A stretch of DNA of 64,000 nucleotides from Kondoa subrosea. Lineage: Eukaryota. Both the position numbers and the translations under genes were made by a program. Below, in pieces: positions 11,872 to 25,161 of the stretch. The stretch spans positions 62,001 through 126,000 of the forward strand of contig BCIN01000002.1 in assembly GCA_039545335.1 (NCBI GenBank). The letters are read 5' to 3'. The number at the start of each line of letters is the position of its first letter. The stretch's first letter is position 1. The notes beneath the pieces were generated by a model. The model saw nothing but the letters and a program-made list of their open reading frames with translations. It made no database searches and was not told the DNA's origin.

Positions 11872-14494
11872 ATGGCCTCTCCCTCTGCTCAGGCTCACAA
11901 GCAAGACGGCAATGCTCTCAAGGGAAAGATGGTCGAAAGAATAATTCCTGTTGGTGTGTCGACATTGCTTGCGGGTTCTTAAGTCTTGTACTTATTACGC
12001 CTACGTTGATGATGCACAGACAGTACAAAGGTCCACCTTGTTGTAAACGAAAGTTCTTATTCTAGGCATTACGATACAATGCAGCCGGCTAAGGAGATAT
12101 ATCAAGACAAGCTAGCGACTCACGGGCCAGAAAGCTCAGTACCTTGGTCAGACTTGGAGAAGAGTGTGCAAGGCTCTTTCTACCACAGACAACAGCAACC
12201 CAAAGAATTCAACTATTACAGCACAGTCTTCAATGCTGCCTGCACTTCTCCTTCTTTAGTTTTGATTTGTGTCGCGAATGCTCAAGACGTGTCTAAGATT
12301 ATCAAATTCGCAAACAAGCATGATTTGACCATTTCCGTCAAATCTGGTGGTTATAATGCAGCTGGATGGGCAATCCAAGGAGACATCATCGTCGATTGCT
12401 CAAAGCTTACGCACCTTTCTATCACTCTTCCTGGTCAAAATTCAGCTATTCAAGGTGATTCAAAGATTCTTTCCAAACGACCTCGGATTTCTACCGCTTA
12501 TACTCAAAATATCGACCCATATCCACCTCGAGCTATTCCCGGTTCTTCGACTGATCGAGCTGTCGAACGGAACTCTGGTGCTTCATCTTCTTCCGGAAGT
12601 ACTCCTTTCAGTAGTGGTGCAGAAGAGAAACCAGCTTCTTCCGCTGATGCAACTTCGCCTGATATTGAAGAATCTTCAGCAAAGAGGCAGCGCTCAGATC
12701 CAATGCGAGCAACTAACCAAACCCAGAACTGGATTGATTCCCAATACGCTTCTACTGGTCCTTCTTCTTCAACTTTCTTCATGCCTGCACCGAGCAACTC
12801 TACCTCCACTGAAGCGTCCAATAACCTTTTCCATCCTTCCCCAGCTGGCATGGCTACCTCGCCGGCTACAGGAGCTTCGTCTATCTTTCCTTCAAACTTC
12901 GCTTCCTTCTTCAACCCATACTCGCCAGCCAACCCAAACCCATCAGCTTTCACTTTTACAGGTCAAATGCAAGAAGCTTTGACGGATCGGCGGCAAGTTA
13001 CTCAACTCTCTCCACCACCTGCTTCTCCCCCTCTTTCTGTTACTCCACCAGAAGGAAGACCTTCAGCGACAATTTCCATTGGTCCAGGTGTAGCTGTCAG
13101 ACAGATTGATGAATTCACTGCTCCTCATGGGTATTACGTACCTTTATCTGCTTATCCTGTTGGATCCGCCTCCTGTCACACGGGTGGTTTTGGATTCTTA
13201 TCAAGAAAACATGGATTAACGTGTGATAATTTGATTGGGATGGAGATTGTTTTGAGTGATGGAGAAATCGTGTGGTTGTCCGATCCGGATTCGATTGAGT
13301 TCAGTTCGAAATCTGAAGAAGAACAGAAGAAACAAAGAGATTTGTGGTGGATGGCTAAAGGTGCTGCTACGACTATTGGGATTGTCACAAGGATGGAATT
13401 GAAAGCACACCCTGTTGGTCAAGTGTATGGAGCTGATATGATCTTGTGAGATTGTTCGATGTCTTCGCATATTTAATATGCTGAACCATAGCGAATCTCT
13501 TACAGCCCATTCAATCCCGCTACAGCACCTTCTCTACTCAAACACTGGCGTGATTGTGTCAAAGACGTCCCAAACGATCTTTTCTCCTCTTGCATCCTCA
13601 CAGCGGGTCCAAACCCTTCTTCTCATGTGATAGTCATTACCGTCTGTTGTCTCGGCCCATCTACTTCTTCCCTTGACACAACCGTTGGTGAAGCTTTCAC
13701 TCAAGCAATATCTTCTTGGCAAGGTGAAACTGCATTATTGAAATCTGTCGAAACTCGAACTTTCTTAGAACAGCAAGATACGAATGCTAAAGTATTGAAA
13801 TGCGATGCGGACATGAGATGGACTGTTCGATCTTCTTTATGTCCAAGTTTGAACGACGACATGATTCATGAGAGTTGTGCAAGATTCTACAAAATGCCTC
13901 AAAGAACGGTTTGGTTGTTTGAAGCTGCTGGTGGTGCTATTGGATCTACGCCTTCTTTCAGTGAAGGAAGTTGTTTCCCTGAAGCAAATAGGAAAGCTTT
14001 GTTTCAAGTTGCGGCTATACATCAATGGAGAGGGGAAGAAGAGGACGAGAAGGAGAAGTTGGCTGCCCAAGAATGGATCAATGAAGTCATCTGTCCTCAA
14101 AGCGTGAGCATCCTTGTACTTGGACAATGCTTGTGGAGCTAATTTAAGTGCGTTTGATAGGCTCAAGGAGGACCTTACCCGTGTTTCATCGATATGGATG
14201 AAGGAGCTGATCGAATTGCTGCTACGTTTGGCGAGAACTGGGACAGGATGCTTAAAATCAAGCAGAACTATGATCGTGAGAAGCTTGTCTCAGTCAAGTT
14301 GATGGTCAACTTATCTGGCTGGTGTGCTCTCACAGCGGAAAATGTCTTCAAGTTCAATTTCTTCCCATCTGTAAGCTTGAAGGCACTGAGGTCATGCTTC
14401 ATTTCTGATCCTCGCTGTTCGACAGGATGGAAAGATGACTGGCAAAAGAAGAGCAGCACAGGGCATCGTTGGTACCGTTCCAGTGGTCGCTTAA
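11872..14494 (+). CDS. FAD-binding oxidoreductase (PCMH/berberine bridge enzyme-like) with a long low-complexity insertion
   Basis: DVSKIIKFA..HDL.ISVKSGGY, GGFGFLSRKHGLTCDNL, DLWW..KGA...GIVT and a BBE tail FGENWDRMLKIKQNYD(P)ENVF. Confidence 0.88.
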
Positions 14495-14895
14495 GAAGGC
14501 CAGGATTTAGAAATCACACTGTACAGTCAAGTCAGTAAGTCATTACATATGGCAGTAAGAGCTACGCAAAGCAGAGAATGAGAAGTTTGGGAAGTCAAAG
14601 GCATTGTGTTCAATAGTATATGGTCAGTGGTTCTTATCGTTTCTCGCGCATTGTATATAGCACATTGAATTGAGCACGACTCGTCCTTGTTTCACTACGT
14701 TGAATCTGCTGTCGCAATCACCATGATGCTTCCCCCTTCCTGAGAGAGACCGGGTTGACTCACATCCATGACTGCATCCATGGCTAAGAGTCTTACTCCA
14801 AACATGGTCGTATAGTCTGTATTCTATCTGATATCCTTATGCCTCTCTTCTGCCCTCCCTTCGCTCGCCCTAATCGTTCGACCAGCATCATTAGA

Positions 14896-16222
14896 ATGTC
14901 AGCGCGAAATCTATCGAACAAAGCAGCTTGGTGTGTCGCAGACAAGGCTCCTCTTGTGATTGGTTCCGCTCCTATTCATCAGCCGAAGGAGAATGAAGTC
15001 CTCGTCAAAATAGCCTTTGCTGCAATCAAGCGAGTTCAATGACTCATAACCGCGAACTCTTCCTCACACTTCGAGCAGTCCGATAGACTACAAGATTGCA
15101 GATGGAGAGCGAAAACGTGCGCCTTATGGAAACACATACCCTAGATTGCTAGGAATGGATTTGAGTGGAACAGTTGCAGTCTCAAACTCTGCTCGATTTA
15201 CTCAAGGAGACCGAATTCTTGCGTATGCTTATCTTCACATGACAGAAGGGATCAGCTCAAGAACGATTCTGCAGATACACGCATCCCAATGGAGGAGCTT
15301 TCTCGGAATATCACACTGTTCCAGATTACTTGACTTGCAAAGTTCCTGATCATATGAACCTCAGTCAAGCTGCTTTGATACCATTAGCAAGTACGACTGC
15401 TTTTCATGCTCTGTTCTCCCACGAGAAACTCGCTCTTGATCGGCCTTCTTTACCTAAAGCAAATCAACTCGCGGAAAAGAATAAAGGGACTGTCTTGGTA
15501 TGGGGAGCTGGTAGCTCGTCAGTGATTTTCCCACAGTGATATCTCAATGACCTTTTGAGAACATATGAAAGTGTCGGAATGTATGCAACACAGTTCGCAT
15601 CTCTGGCTGGGTACAGAGTGATTGCTACCTCATCGCCAAAGAATTTCGAATATATCAATACTCTAGGTGCTGAAAAAGTGGTCGATTACAAAGATTCTAG
15701 AGTGATAGAGAAATTAGTACAATCTTGCAAAAGAAAGCCTGAATTACCTTTGGTTGGTATTTTGTAAGCCCCTTTTTTGCAAGCAAAGAGTAAGATAACT
15801 GCTGAGATTAATATACAGGGATGCTGCTGGTACTGAGGAAACGATCTTGACCTGCGCTCAAATTTATAAACAAGCATCATCCGAATCAAAATTGACGAAA
15901 GTCATTGCAGCAGTGGGAAGTAAGCCTGAAGGGTTTCCTGAAGATATAAAGCATGCCAGAGGTAATTAGTAGTTACTTTGCTAGGCTCGAGTCTCACTAA
16001 TATCGGAACTTAGTCGCTGTTCATGGAATGATGGCAAACGGACCAGATGCAGATTTACGACGCTACTACTGGGAAGAATGGCTCGAAGGAGCTCTCGAAA
16101 ATAGATCATTGAAACCTGTGCCTAAGGCTGTCATACTTGAAGGCTTAGAGTCAACAAATGAAGGCATGGATATGGTTCGCAAAGGGATGAGGGCTAGTAA
16201 GGTTGTAATAAATATAGGCTGA
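14896..16222 (+). CDS. MDR-superfamily enoyl-reductase-like oxidoreductase
   Basis: P.ENEVLVKI...AINPIDYK, LGMDLSGTV, VLVWGAGSSVG.YATQFA..AGY.VIATSSPKNF and LGAEKVVDYK. Confidence 0.88.
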
Positions 16223-16308
16223 GGATGGTAATTGTGCACTATTGTAACGCATTGATCGATACGTCTTGAAAAAAATCTCTGAGAAAGCTTGCTTGTTTCG
16301 CAACAATC

Positions 16309-17562
16309 ATGGCACCTTCCGCCATAAAGCTTCAAGACTCTCAAGATCTTTTCCAGATCGACTCAACAGGTTCTGCTTCAGTCAGACAACGTTTGCAATC
16401 AGATGCAAGACCACATCCAAGAAAGGGTGCAAGTAAACCTTTGAAGTCTTCCCTCATTCTAGCTGAGGCTCGAGGTGGTTCATCTAAGACACCTGCTTTC
16501 GTTACCAATGCCAAACATGCCCGACAGAGAGAGAAAGATGCAGTAGGCTATAACAAAGACTTGCATGCAAAACTACAACGTATAGTCAAAAGGAAGCAGA
16601 AAGTAGGTGAAGGCTTATGGGGAGTCACTGCTCAAGAGGGAGAAAGTGAGCAAGGCATTGTAGCAGGGAAACAGGATTACGATGTTTGGTCTTCGGCTCC
16701 AGCTGCATCAACTTCTGCTTCTTCTTCTGCTGTACAACAAGTCAGAATGCCTAAAACCCTACATCAGCATCATTTGTTGAAGGAAGATTCGAAACCTTCT
16801 GCTATTGCTTTACCTCATCCAGGTCAAAGTTATAATCCAACAGCTACTGCTCATTCTTCACTCATTGAAAAAGCTTATCAACTCGCTCAAACTGAAGAAG
16901 AGGAAACTCAGGTTGCTCAGGCTATGAAAGAAAGGTTCGAGTCCATGCGAAAGGAGAAAAGAGAAGTTTGGGAATTAGCTGAAGAAGATGTTGGGTCTGG
17001 AGGTGAAGAAGAAGTATCTGCTGTATCTGAAGAGATTGTAAGGAAGGTTCATAGGCGGAAGACTGAGAAGGAAAGGAAGCGTCGCTTGCAAAACATTACA
17101 GCAGAGGTGTGTCTTCTTCTGTGTTGATATCTAAACAAATGCTGATTGTGTTTATAGAAACGAGCTCAATACCATCGCAAGCTTCTGAAAGCGCAACGGC
17201 ATTCCCTCTCTTCTCTCCCATCTTTAGTCTCCTCCATTTCTCAATCATCAGCCAGAAGTACAACTCAGCAAAACCTCAAAGCAGAGGCTCTACGTCAAAA
17301 ACTAGCAACCGAAGGTCTCACATCTCGGTATCTGGGTAAAGCTCGAGTACCGGCAATGAAAGTGGATTATCAACTAGGCGAAGAATTGTCAGAATCACTA
17401 AGAGGATTGAAAGCGGAAGGCAATCTGTTCAAGGAATTTCAAAGCAGCGCATTGAGAAGAGGTCTCTTTGAAGCGAGCAAGAAACGCTTTGGTGAAAAGA
17501 AGAGGAAAGAGAGGAAGACCAAGAGCGTGGAGCGTTTCGATTTCAAGCGGTTTGATAAGTAG
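16309..17562 (+). CDS. NOP53: 60S ribosome biogenesis protein Nop53/GLTSCR2
   Basis: AIM-like LFQIDSTG, YDVW, PHPGQSYNP, RKTEKER and QLGEELSESLRGLKAEGNLF. Confidence 0.92.
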
Positions 17563-17576
17563 ATCAATCGATGAAT

Positions 17577-18152
17577 TTATGGTATTACTGTGCTTCTATG
17601 CTTATTCCTATCTCCTTCACTCTTCTTTTCGAGCTGTTCTGCTCGCTTCTTCATTGCCTCGTCGAATTCAACCAGACCAGCAGTCATCTTGCTCTTCATG
17701 CCAAACCAATTCAATAGAGGTGAAGCCAAATAGCCACTAAACTCTTCCCTCTGCATCATTCTCGTTTTGCCCTCTTCTATTTTCTCGAGCAGAAAGAAAT
17801 GTTTGCCTTGCAAGAATCGCGATTGACCATATGTTCCTAATGAAGCGAAGCCTTTTTCCTCTTCCAAATAAACAATCGTAGGAGTGAATTTCATTCCATG
17901 AGCACCTATCTTGACCTGTTCATTCATTTGCAAGGGATTGCTAGCTTCTACGAATTGAAGTCCAGGTGCCCAATCTGACCAAGATTTGAGGTCGAACAAG
18001 ATTGATTGGACTTGAGATATGGGTGCATTGATTAGAATAGTAGATTCGATTAAAAGATCTTTACGGTGATTGTAATTGAGTCCTGTTTCAAATTTCAAAG
18101 GTTTTCAGCTTGAAAGGCTTCGTCATTGCAATATCTTACCTTCGCCTGGCAT
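17577..18152 (-). CDS. SRPBCC (START-like / polyketide cyclase 2) family protein
   Basis: A short first exon MPGE splices to GLNY...IESTILINAP..QV.SIL.DL..W.DW.P, then G.H.F.LE...GKT...Q.EEFSG and F.EAMKKRAE. Confidence 0.8.
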
Positions 18153-18299
18153 TGTCGTTCGAGAATGAAGTACTGTCCACTAAAGCAGCAGAAGGCAGTC
18201 TTCTCGCTGACTACTGTGGATGTATGCTTCTGTTGTTTCACCTTCAATGTATCACGTTTTCTGACTAATGGGATTCCTTGTGATTCTCTGCATGGCGAG

Positions 18300-18973
18300 T
18301 ATCATCTCAAACTCTGTATTGCACCCTTACAAAGATTCAATCTACGCATCCGTTTACCAAAACACACGTCAAATCGAGATCTCCCCCAAATCTACCTCCT
18401 CTCTTGCTCACATAGCAGGCGACAAAGTAACGCTGGTCAAGAAACAGCTGAGTCTCTCCAAATCAGCACTTTTCTTTTCCACGAAGGAATTTGAAACTCA
18501 CTCTTCACCATCTACAGCCTCAAACTTAACACAACCAGGTTCAGTCAAATTGATATCCATACTCTTCATGTTATAGTTTCGAACTTTGGTAGGTTTGGCT
18601 GAATGACGTTTGGATTGAACTTTACATGCCAGACTTCCTCTTAAACGTTCCATTAGAAATTCACTCCCTTCCAAATGATTGTAATGAAATGAGACATACT
18701 TGAGCGCTTTCTCGCCATCGTAACCCTCTACCCAGAGTGAAGAAACTTTAGCGCCGACCATAGGTAATGGAATACCATGAGAGATAGTAGTGACGTTTGC
18801 TGAAGCAGTTCCAGAACCACAATCAGCGCCGGACCCTATTTCATGAGCGTTTAGCTTGATTGGAAATTGAATGGTTCGAGAGAGAAAGGGAACTCACAGC
18901 CGACATACCACAAAGCGTTAGCTTGTGCGGCAAATAGAACTGCAGGAAGCAGAAAGAGAGGATTGATGTGCAT
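18300..18973 (-). CDS. Small secreted Cys-containing protein of unknown function; 3' end approximate
   Basis: Signal-peptide-like MHINPLFLLPAVLFAAQANA, then an intron, then SGADCGSG...GCVKFEAVDG. Confidence 0.5.
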
Positions 18974-19388
18974 ATTGTGGACGATAAAGTTTGTGTGGAA
19001 GAAACAGTGGAATGAAAAGGAGCGAAATTGGAGATATAGTGATGGGATAAGAGCAAGAAAGCTGCACAGTCGAGAGATAGGAATACAGTCATCTCTTGGC
19101 ATACATCGACACACCGTCTGCCCGAACATCAATAGTCAGCAGAAGCGTGCTTCCAGGCGGTTTCAAGAGAATGGGATTGATTGGAAGAAGCAATCTGGAA
19201 AATACGCGGAGCATTATTCAGCGGAAGTGATCTTCTGGCGATGATGAACTGAAGGAAAGAGAAATCCCCAAGCCATTGCAGCATCCAACAGAGATAGAAG
19301 GTGCGCAATTGTGAAAAGTAAAGTGAGCACAAGCGAAAGATAGACCATAGATACATATTGCTATACATTGGCACCAGCCAGCGATGCG

Positions 19389-20301
19389 TCAGTGCATTTC
19401 CAAGCTCATCCCGCTGTTTAACACTGCCTCATTTAGCTGAATACAGCTGAAAAGAAAGACAGTACGAACTGATGTATCTCATAGTCTTTCAATGTGATAT
19501 GATCCTTATATCTAAATATCTGATCAGGACGATCATATACCCGAAGAGAGATGTACTAACATTGTATACCACTTCTTCAGAATGATCTGTTCATTGATGC
19601 ACAACTCAGCATACAGTTGTGTAAAACAGCTCATCGAACGAACCTTCTCTGGTTTTGTACCCTTCTGAGCCGCGATGAGCTTTTTCAGGTCACCGACAGT
19701 ATCATCAGGACTGCATTTGACCCGTACTGTAACAACTCATCAGCTCATATAACTAGAGGTATCAGAATAACTAACCTTTCCCGCCCAGCCTGTCATTCGC
19801 TATTACTTCAATCATCTCCATAGTAGGTGCAGGTCTAGCAGGAGCGGTTTGAGCAGCAGCAGCAGCATAAGCTTCTGGGTTCTTGAGTCTAGCTAATTCA
19901 TCCACAACCGGAGTAGCTTTCACTTCTTCTTCCTGCGGTTGTATAGGTTTCTCCTTTTCGATTGCAGACCTTTCACTCCTGTCGCTATCACGCCTCCTAC
20001 TATCACGCCTTGAATCATATCTATCACTATCACGCCTGTTGCTGTCCTCTCTTCGTCGGTATTCATCCCTGCTGTCCCTCCTAGGCGGTGATCTAGAACG
20101 AGACCTAGATCGTCTCCTATTGGATCTGCCATCGTCTCTGTATCGATTGAAATCTCTAGAGTCTCTTTTAGGCGAACGAGAGCGTGAGCGATAATTCCGT
20201 TTGGCTGAAGAAGAGGAGGTTGAAGGTTTAGGATCTGCTCGAGATGAAGAATTGTTGTTGTACTCCCTAGGAGGTGGAATTCGCGGATCTTGGTCTGACA
20301 T
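19389..20301 (-). CDS. HUB1: Hub1/UBL5 ubiquitin-like splicing factor with a long N-terminal RS/RD-rich extension
   Basis: Spliced C-terminus reads [71 protein letters not shown]. About 160 aa of RSRS/RD repeats precede it in frame. Confidence 0.93.
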
Positions 20302-20503
20302 GTTGATGCTGGTTTGCGAAAGAGAGCCACTTGCAATATTATGTAAACTTGTACTCGAAGGGACCGTTCTGAACACTTATATGACAAGAGAGACCCCATT
20401 ACATTAAATAATGTACCCCAAACAAAGAAAACGATACAAGCACACATCAATTCAACACATAGAATATTACGGACCACTTGTTGTACTTCTTTATGCTACA
20501 TTT

Positions 20504-22149
20504 CTACAGGATACCAGAATCCCTCAGTGCGTTCTGAAGAATCGTTTCTGTCGGTATTGTTGGTCGTTAGCTTGGCAAGAAGCAGCGAACAACCAATGGA
20601 ACCAACCTTTTACAGCTGCAAAGACCAATCGGATATTGCTCGTATCCGTCGCTTGCGTCAAGCTAGGAACAGCATATCAGCTCAAGTCTAATCGGTAAAT
20701 GGAAAAAGACATACTGAGGGTATATACTCAGTTTCGCTCGATTGAGTTGAGTAAATCGCCAAAGAATGTATTTAGCTGCTTTGTTCACATCAGAGCCACC
20801 TGTGTATTCTGGAAAGTATTGCTGAAGCGGTACTTTCGGTAGCTTGGTCTTGAACTGTAGAAACCAGTGGTCTTCGAATCAGATGTGATCTGATATCGGT
20901 CACTCCTGGACTTACCAGATCGATCTTGTTGAGGAAGAGGATGATGGACGTCCGTACGAACCACCGAGAATTGATGACACTTTCAAACAGTACCAAACTT
21001 TCCGCCATTCGATTCTGTGATTAAGGCTACCTTGTCAGCAAAACAAATTTGCCGAAACAGGACGCCTCCTCACCTGCCCGCTTTCTTCCAGCAACACTTG
21101 ATCATACTCGCTCAACGCTACGCAGAAGATAATAGAAGTGACGGCTTCGAAACAATGTATCCACTTTTTCCTGTGATTCTACAGATTAGCATGATTCATA
21201 AGTCTTTCTCAAGCAATGCTGACCTCTCTGATCGCTGGCCTCCCACATCGAACATGCTGTACGGGAACACCAAGACTTTAGCTGACTCGCGCAGCTAAAA
21301 CCTGATGATCTTCACGCACTGTATGCTCAATTGCCCACTCTTGAACTTTGTCTCACTAATCCCAGTAGTTTTCGTTCTCGCTCTCAAAACATCCGATTCG
21401 TTAGGTACGTAATCTGGAGCTCCAATCCGTTGAACTTCATCAAAGAAATAAGTTGCAGAATCCATCAAGTAGAATTCTGAAGTTCGATCCAAGACTGTTG
21501 GAATAATTGGATCGTGCCAGAGTGATTCGATTGCTCGAACTATTTCGTCTGATAGAGCTTGTGAAGGATCTGAATCGATTCGGTAGTCCAATATCCGATC
21601 AGCATAAACCTGTGCGCAACGATCGAAATGTCTGAGCATGAGATATGCATAGACTCATGCCACACGCACCCTGTTGACTGGTTCTAATGGTTCGAATTTG
21701 AATTTACGCATAGCTACGACTAGTCCTTGCGCCGAATCCATTACATCTGCCGAGCAATATCAGATTGAGCAAGAGTATTAGTTTTGGACCTACTCTTGTA
21801 CACAGTGACTTTGAAGAGGAGTAGCTCATCCTTGGAGTAGCCATTTTGATGAATAATCTTCATTTGTTTAACAACTGTAGATTTCCCACTTTCTCCTGAC
21901 CCTGTTTCCAGTAAAATACCTTGAGTCAGTCTTTGTATTCTATATCCTGAGTAAGAACGCACCTAATAATAATATCTTGCACTCTTTCCTGAATTGCTTA
22001 CTATCTTGCTCCAACATTTTATCAATCGCATAACTTCGATTTCTCATATCTCTAGCATTGCCTTGAGGGTTCGAAGAAGTAGCAGAAGTAGTTTCATTGC
22101 TGTTTGCGTGGTTATTGCCTGATGAAGAAGAGGACATGCATGACCCCAT
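20504..22149 (-). CDS. Heterotrimeric G-protein alpha subunit, probably fungal group III (cAMP-signalling type)
   Basis: MGSCMS lipidation motif, [47 protein letters not shown] and terminal ALRDSGIL*. Confidence 0.96.
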
Positions 22150-23844
22150 TTTTGTGGTTTGTCTTTGTTGACTGAAGGTGGAGAGGGGGAGCAATTGCAC
22201 CAGCCAAGGATCAAAGGTTCGACCGAGAACTTGTGCTTAGAGGCTTAGGGTAGTTGTCAAGTGGAGCAAGCCGAGGCCAGAAGCAGGTCGAATAAATTCA
22301 GGGTTGCGATGTTTAGTCTTGTTTGAATCGGTAAAGATGTGACGGAGCACAGAGACCCAGCGAGCAAGCGACTATGTGTGGCTTGACGGACGAGAACGTT
22401 CAAGGTAGATAGACTGTGGCCCTCTTCCACGCGAGGAATATGAAAATGGCTTGCGGCCAGACCAAAGAGATTTCTGTTCGCAAGGTAGCTAGTGCTTTAG
22501 TGCCTGGACAACGTGGGTATAGTTGAAGCGAGTGTGTATCTTGTGCCAGAACTTAGGCAAAAGTCGTTGGTCCAGGTCAAGGTGGAATTCCGATCGAATA
22601 ATGCGCTCGTCAAAGTGGTCAACTCTAATTTCAAATGTCCAACTTTTAGTTATGCAGGCAGGCAGCGGCAATGCGACTACGTGTCCACGTATACTCCATT
22701 GGCTTACGAGGAATCGCATTATTCCTTTTGCCTATCATTGAAAAGAGATTTCATTAGGACCTTCGCGCTTCATCTAACTCTTCCAACGAATACCGCTGTA
22801 TAGCAAGAATATATGAATCATCTACCACCATAACAGTCAGCCCGTCTAGCGCTGAAAAGGGACGCGACGAAGTTCACCTAGTTCTGGGTGCCGATAAACG
22901 AAAGGACTTTTCCTAATCCGGCTTGACTGGACTTTTGAATGCTTGATAATTCCGCGAATCCAGACCATTGAAAGGAGAACAGACCGACAAAGGTTTTGAA
23001 AGCAGGAGTCTTCTTTATATAGAATGGGTGTTGGAACAGGTTCTCATCTCTTCGGGCGGAATCGACGAGGAACGGATACGCATTGATAGATCATCATGGC
23101 AGTGCAGTCAAATTCATATAACACTGGCTGCCTGCTGACACTGGTCAGCTGGCCTGAATTATAGCACCTGAGTGAGCGAATTACTAACCTCCACCAGTAT
23201 AGTGTTGGGTGATATCTTATGGACAGGTTGAATTTGCTGCCGACAATATGCTGACTGTAGACGTGCAAAATCCTTGAGCAGATGTATTGCATTCAATGTT
23301 TCGAAACACTTGCAGTGATGCTCTTCAGTTAGTCGACAGGAGTTCGGACCAATGCGGAAGAGAGCTCCTGTATAAGAATAGCATGTTGGCTCTGCTACGT
23401 TATGACCAATATGCCGCTTACCCAGTAAAGCTTTATCGGCCGGACTGATGAGCGTCTCGAAACATTATTTAAGCGCCCCTTCTTGTGCCATCTTGCCATA
23501 TTTTTTAGTCGGATTCAAAGAGAGCGGAAGCCGTAGCGTGCCCATATCGCAACGCCAGCAGAAGAAGATTATTGATCGTAGAGATGTAGAAAATTGATAG
23601 ACCAATGAACGAGGATGAGATGAGTACAGATAAAAGCGACTGAACATGCGAGTCCTGCATTTAGCTTGCAAGCGGCAAAAAAGATATTCGACACACCATT
23701 TCTCGAGATTTGCGTAATAACCCTTTGCAGAGAACGATTCTCAGCTTGCCTTCACGTCCGTTGCGAAGATGACTACTCTTGCGCAAGACCTCTTCGCTGT
23801 CATGAACCCTTTGGAATAGATTTCTTGCAATGCACACCAAGCGT

Positions 23845-24956
23845 TCATGATTCATCAGGCGAAGTCGAAGTTCTTCCGATACATCTCATTTTGTGTCCCG
23901 CTTTCCAAGCCTCTTTTGCGCATTGTTGTCCACACTATCGTCGAATTAGAATGAGAGTCGACACAGGCATTACGCAGAACTTACATATGATGCAATACCG
24001 CAGGATCCACACAATTTGAAAGCTTTGTCCTTATTGTTGTCCGCTGCTATACCGCAATTGAGGCACCCCGTTGGCTTGTCCCGTCTTTTCGGCAACTCCA
24101 TCTTGCCAATGCGGCACACAGCATGAACTCTTGCATCGAAATCACTTATGCTTGCTGCTTGTTTCATCGGCGGCTGTAGATGGCGATACGTTGGCAATAA
24201 AGGAAGCTTTTGAAATATTGCAAATAGACATATGAGTGCCACTGTACATTGACTTGGTTTTTTGATCTCATCCGCGATAGCTGCTTGGTTTGCTATAGCG
24301 TCCAAAATGTGAGTCGTGATATAGGAGCTGAAAGATGCGTTGTCGCTGTTCAGCAAATTAGCTGGTCTTTGTAGCACAGCCTGGAGATGTTGAGGCGCAG
24401 CTTGAGCGAGGCTGACAATAAGGTAGACAAGCGTATAAATTTGCGTGCTGGCTGTCTGAATGGCTACGATATCTGTCAGATAGTGTATGAGATATTGATT
24501 GCACGCTGCCGAGTACAGAAGCGAAGAAATGAGACATGTCTCTATTGCAGATGAGGTGAAAGAATAATTGAAGTTGCGTAGATAATCAGAGGCAGCGACA
24601 ATAGATGTGAGCCGATCATCAGCAGTGTCCAATATCAATAGTCCACGGCGGTCTTGCGGTAAGGTTTGCCCGAATTCTTCTCTGAGATATTTTATTGAAG
24701 CAGGAAAGAAGAGAGGAGCATATTCAGACATGAGCATATAATCTCGCATAAGAGTTAGATGATGCAATCTGCTAGTTGTAGATCCTTCCGTAGTAACAAA
24801 TTTACTTGAATGCCATGAGCCGTTCTGTACATGTTCAACCAGCTTCTCGATTTCCTTACGCATATCAACAATATCTTGAGCATGGCTTTGAAGATGTTGA
24901 ACATCGCTGCAATTCGCTAAAAGGTCTTCTATGGTGAGGTTCGAGGGCGCCGACAT
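23845..24956 (-). CDS. MYND-type zinc-finger protein with an uncharacterised N-terminal region
   Basis: CLNCG...CGSCGIASY, an intron, then CGQQCAKEAWKAGHKMRC. Confidence 0.85.
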
Positions 24957-25101
24957 TCTAAGAAGCAAGCAAAGTCAGCAATTGCATCAAATACCCAGCT
25001 TGCGGAAGACAGTAAATATCATTGGAAGGAAGATTACTAGATTATACGGATTGCACAGCTGTCGGTACAGCTGGCACGCGCGTTTGCTTTCGAGACAGTA
25101 C

Positions 25102-25161
25102 CAGACGAGCGAATCTATGTACCGAGATCCATCAGACGAGCGAATCTATGTACCGCGATCC
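25102..25161. repeat. Two-copy tandem direct repeat with 31-bp period
   Basis: cagacgagcgaatctatgtaccgagatccat is followed by cagacgagcgaatctatgtaccgcgatcc. Confidence 0.9.

Noticed and set aside
10215..18152. Possible terpenoid or secondary-metabolite cluster (GGPPS, FAD oxidase, enoyl reductase, SRPBCC)
   Set aside because: No cyclase, PKS, NRPS or P450 is present. The GGPPS looks like the housekeeping type and NOP53 interrupts the run.
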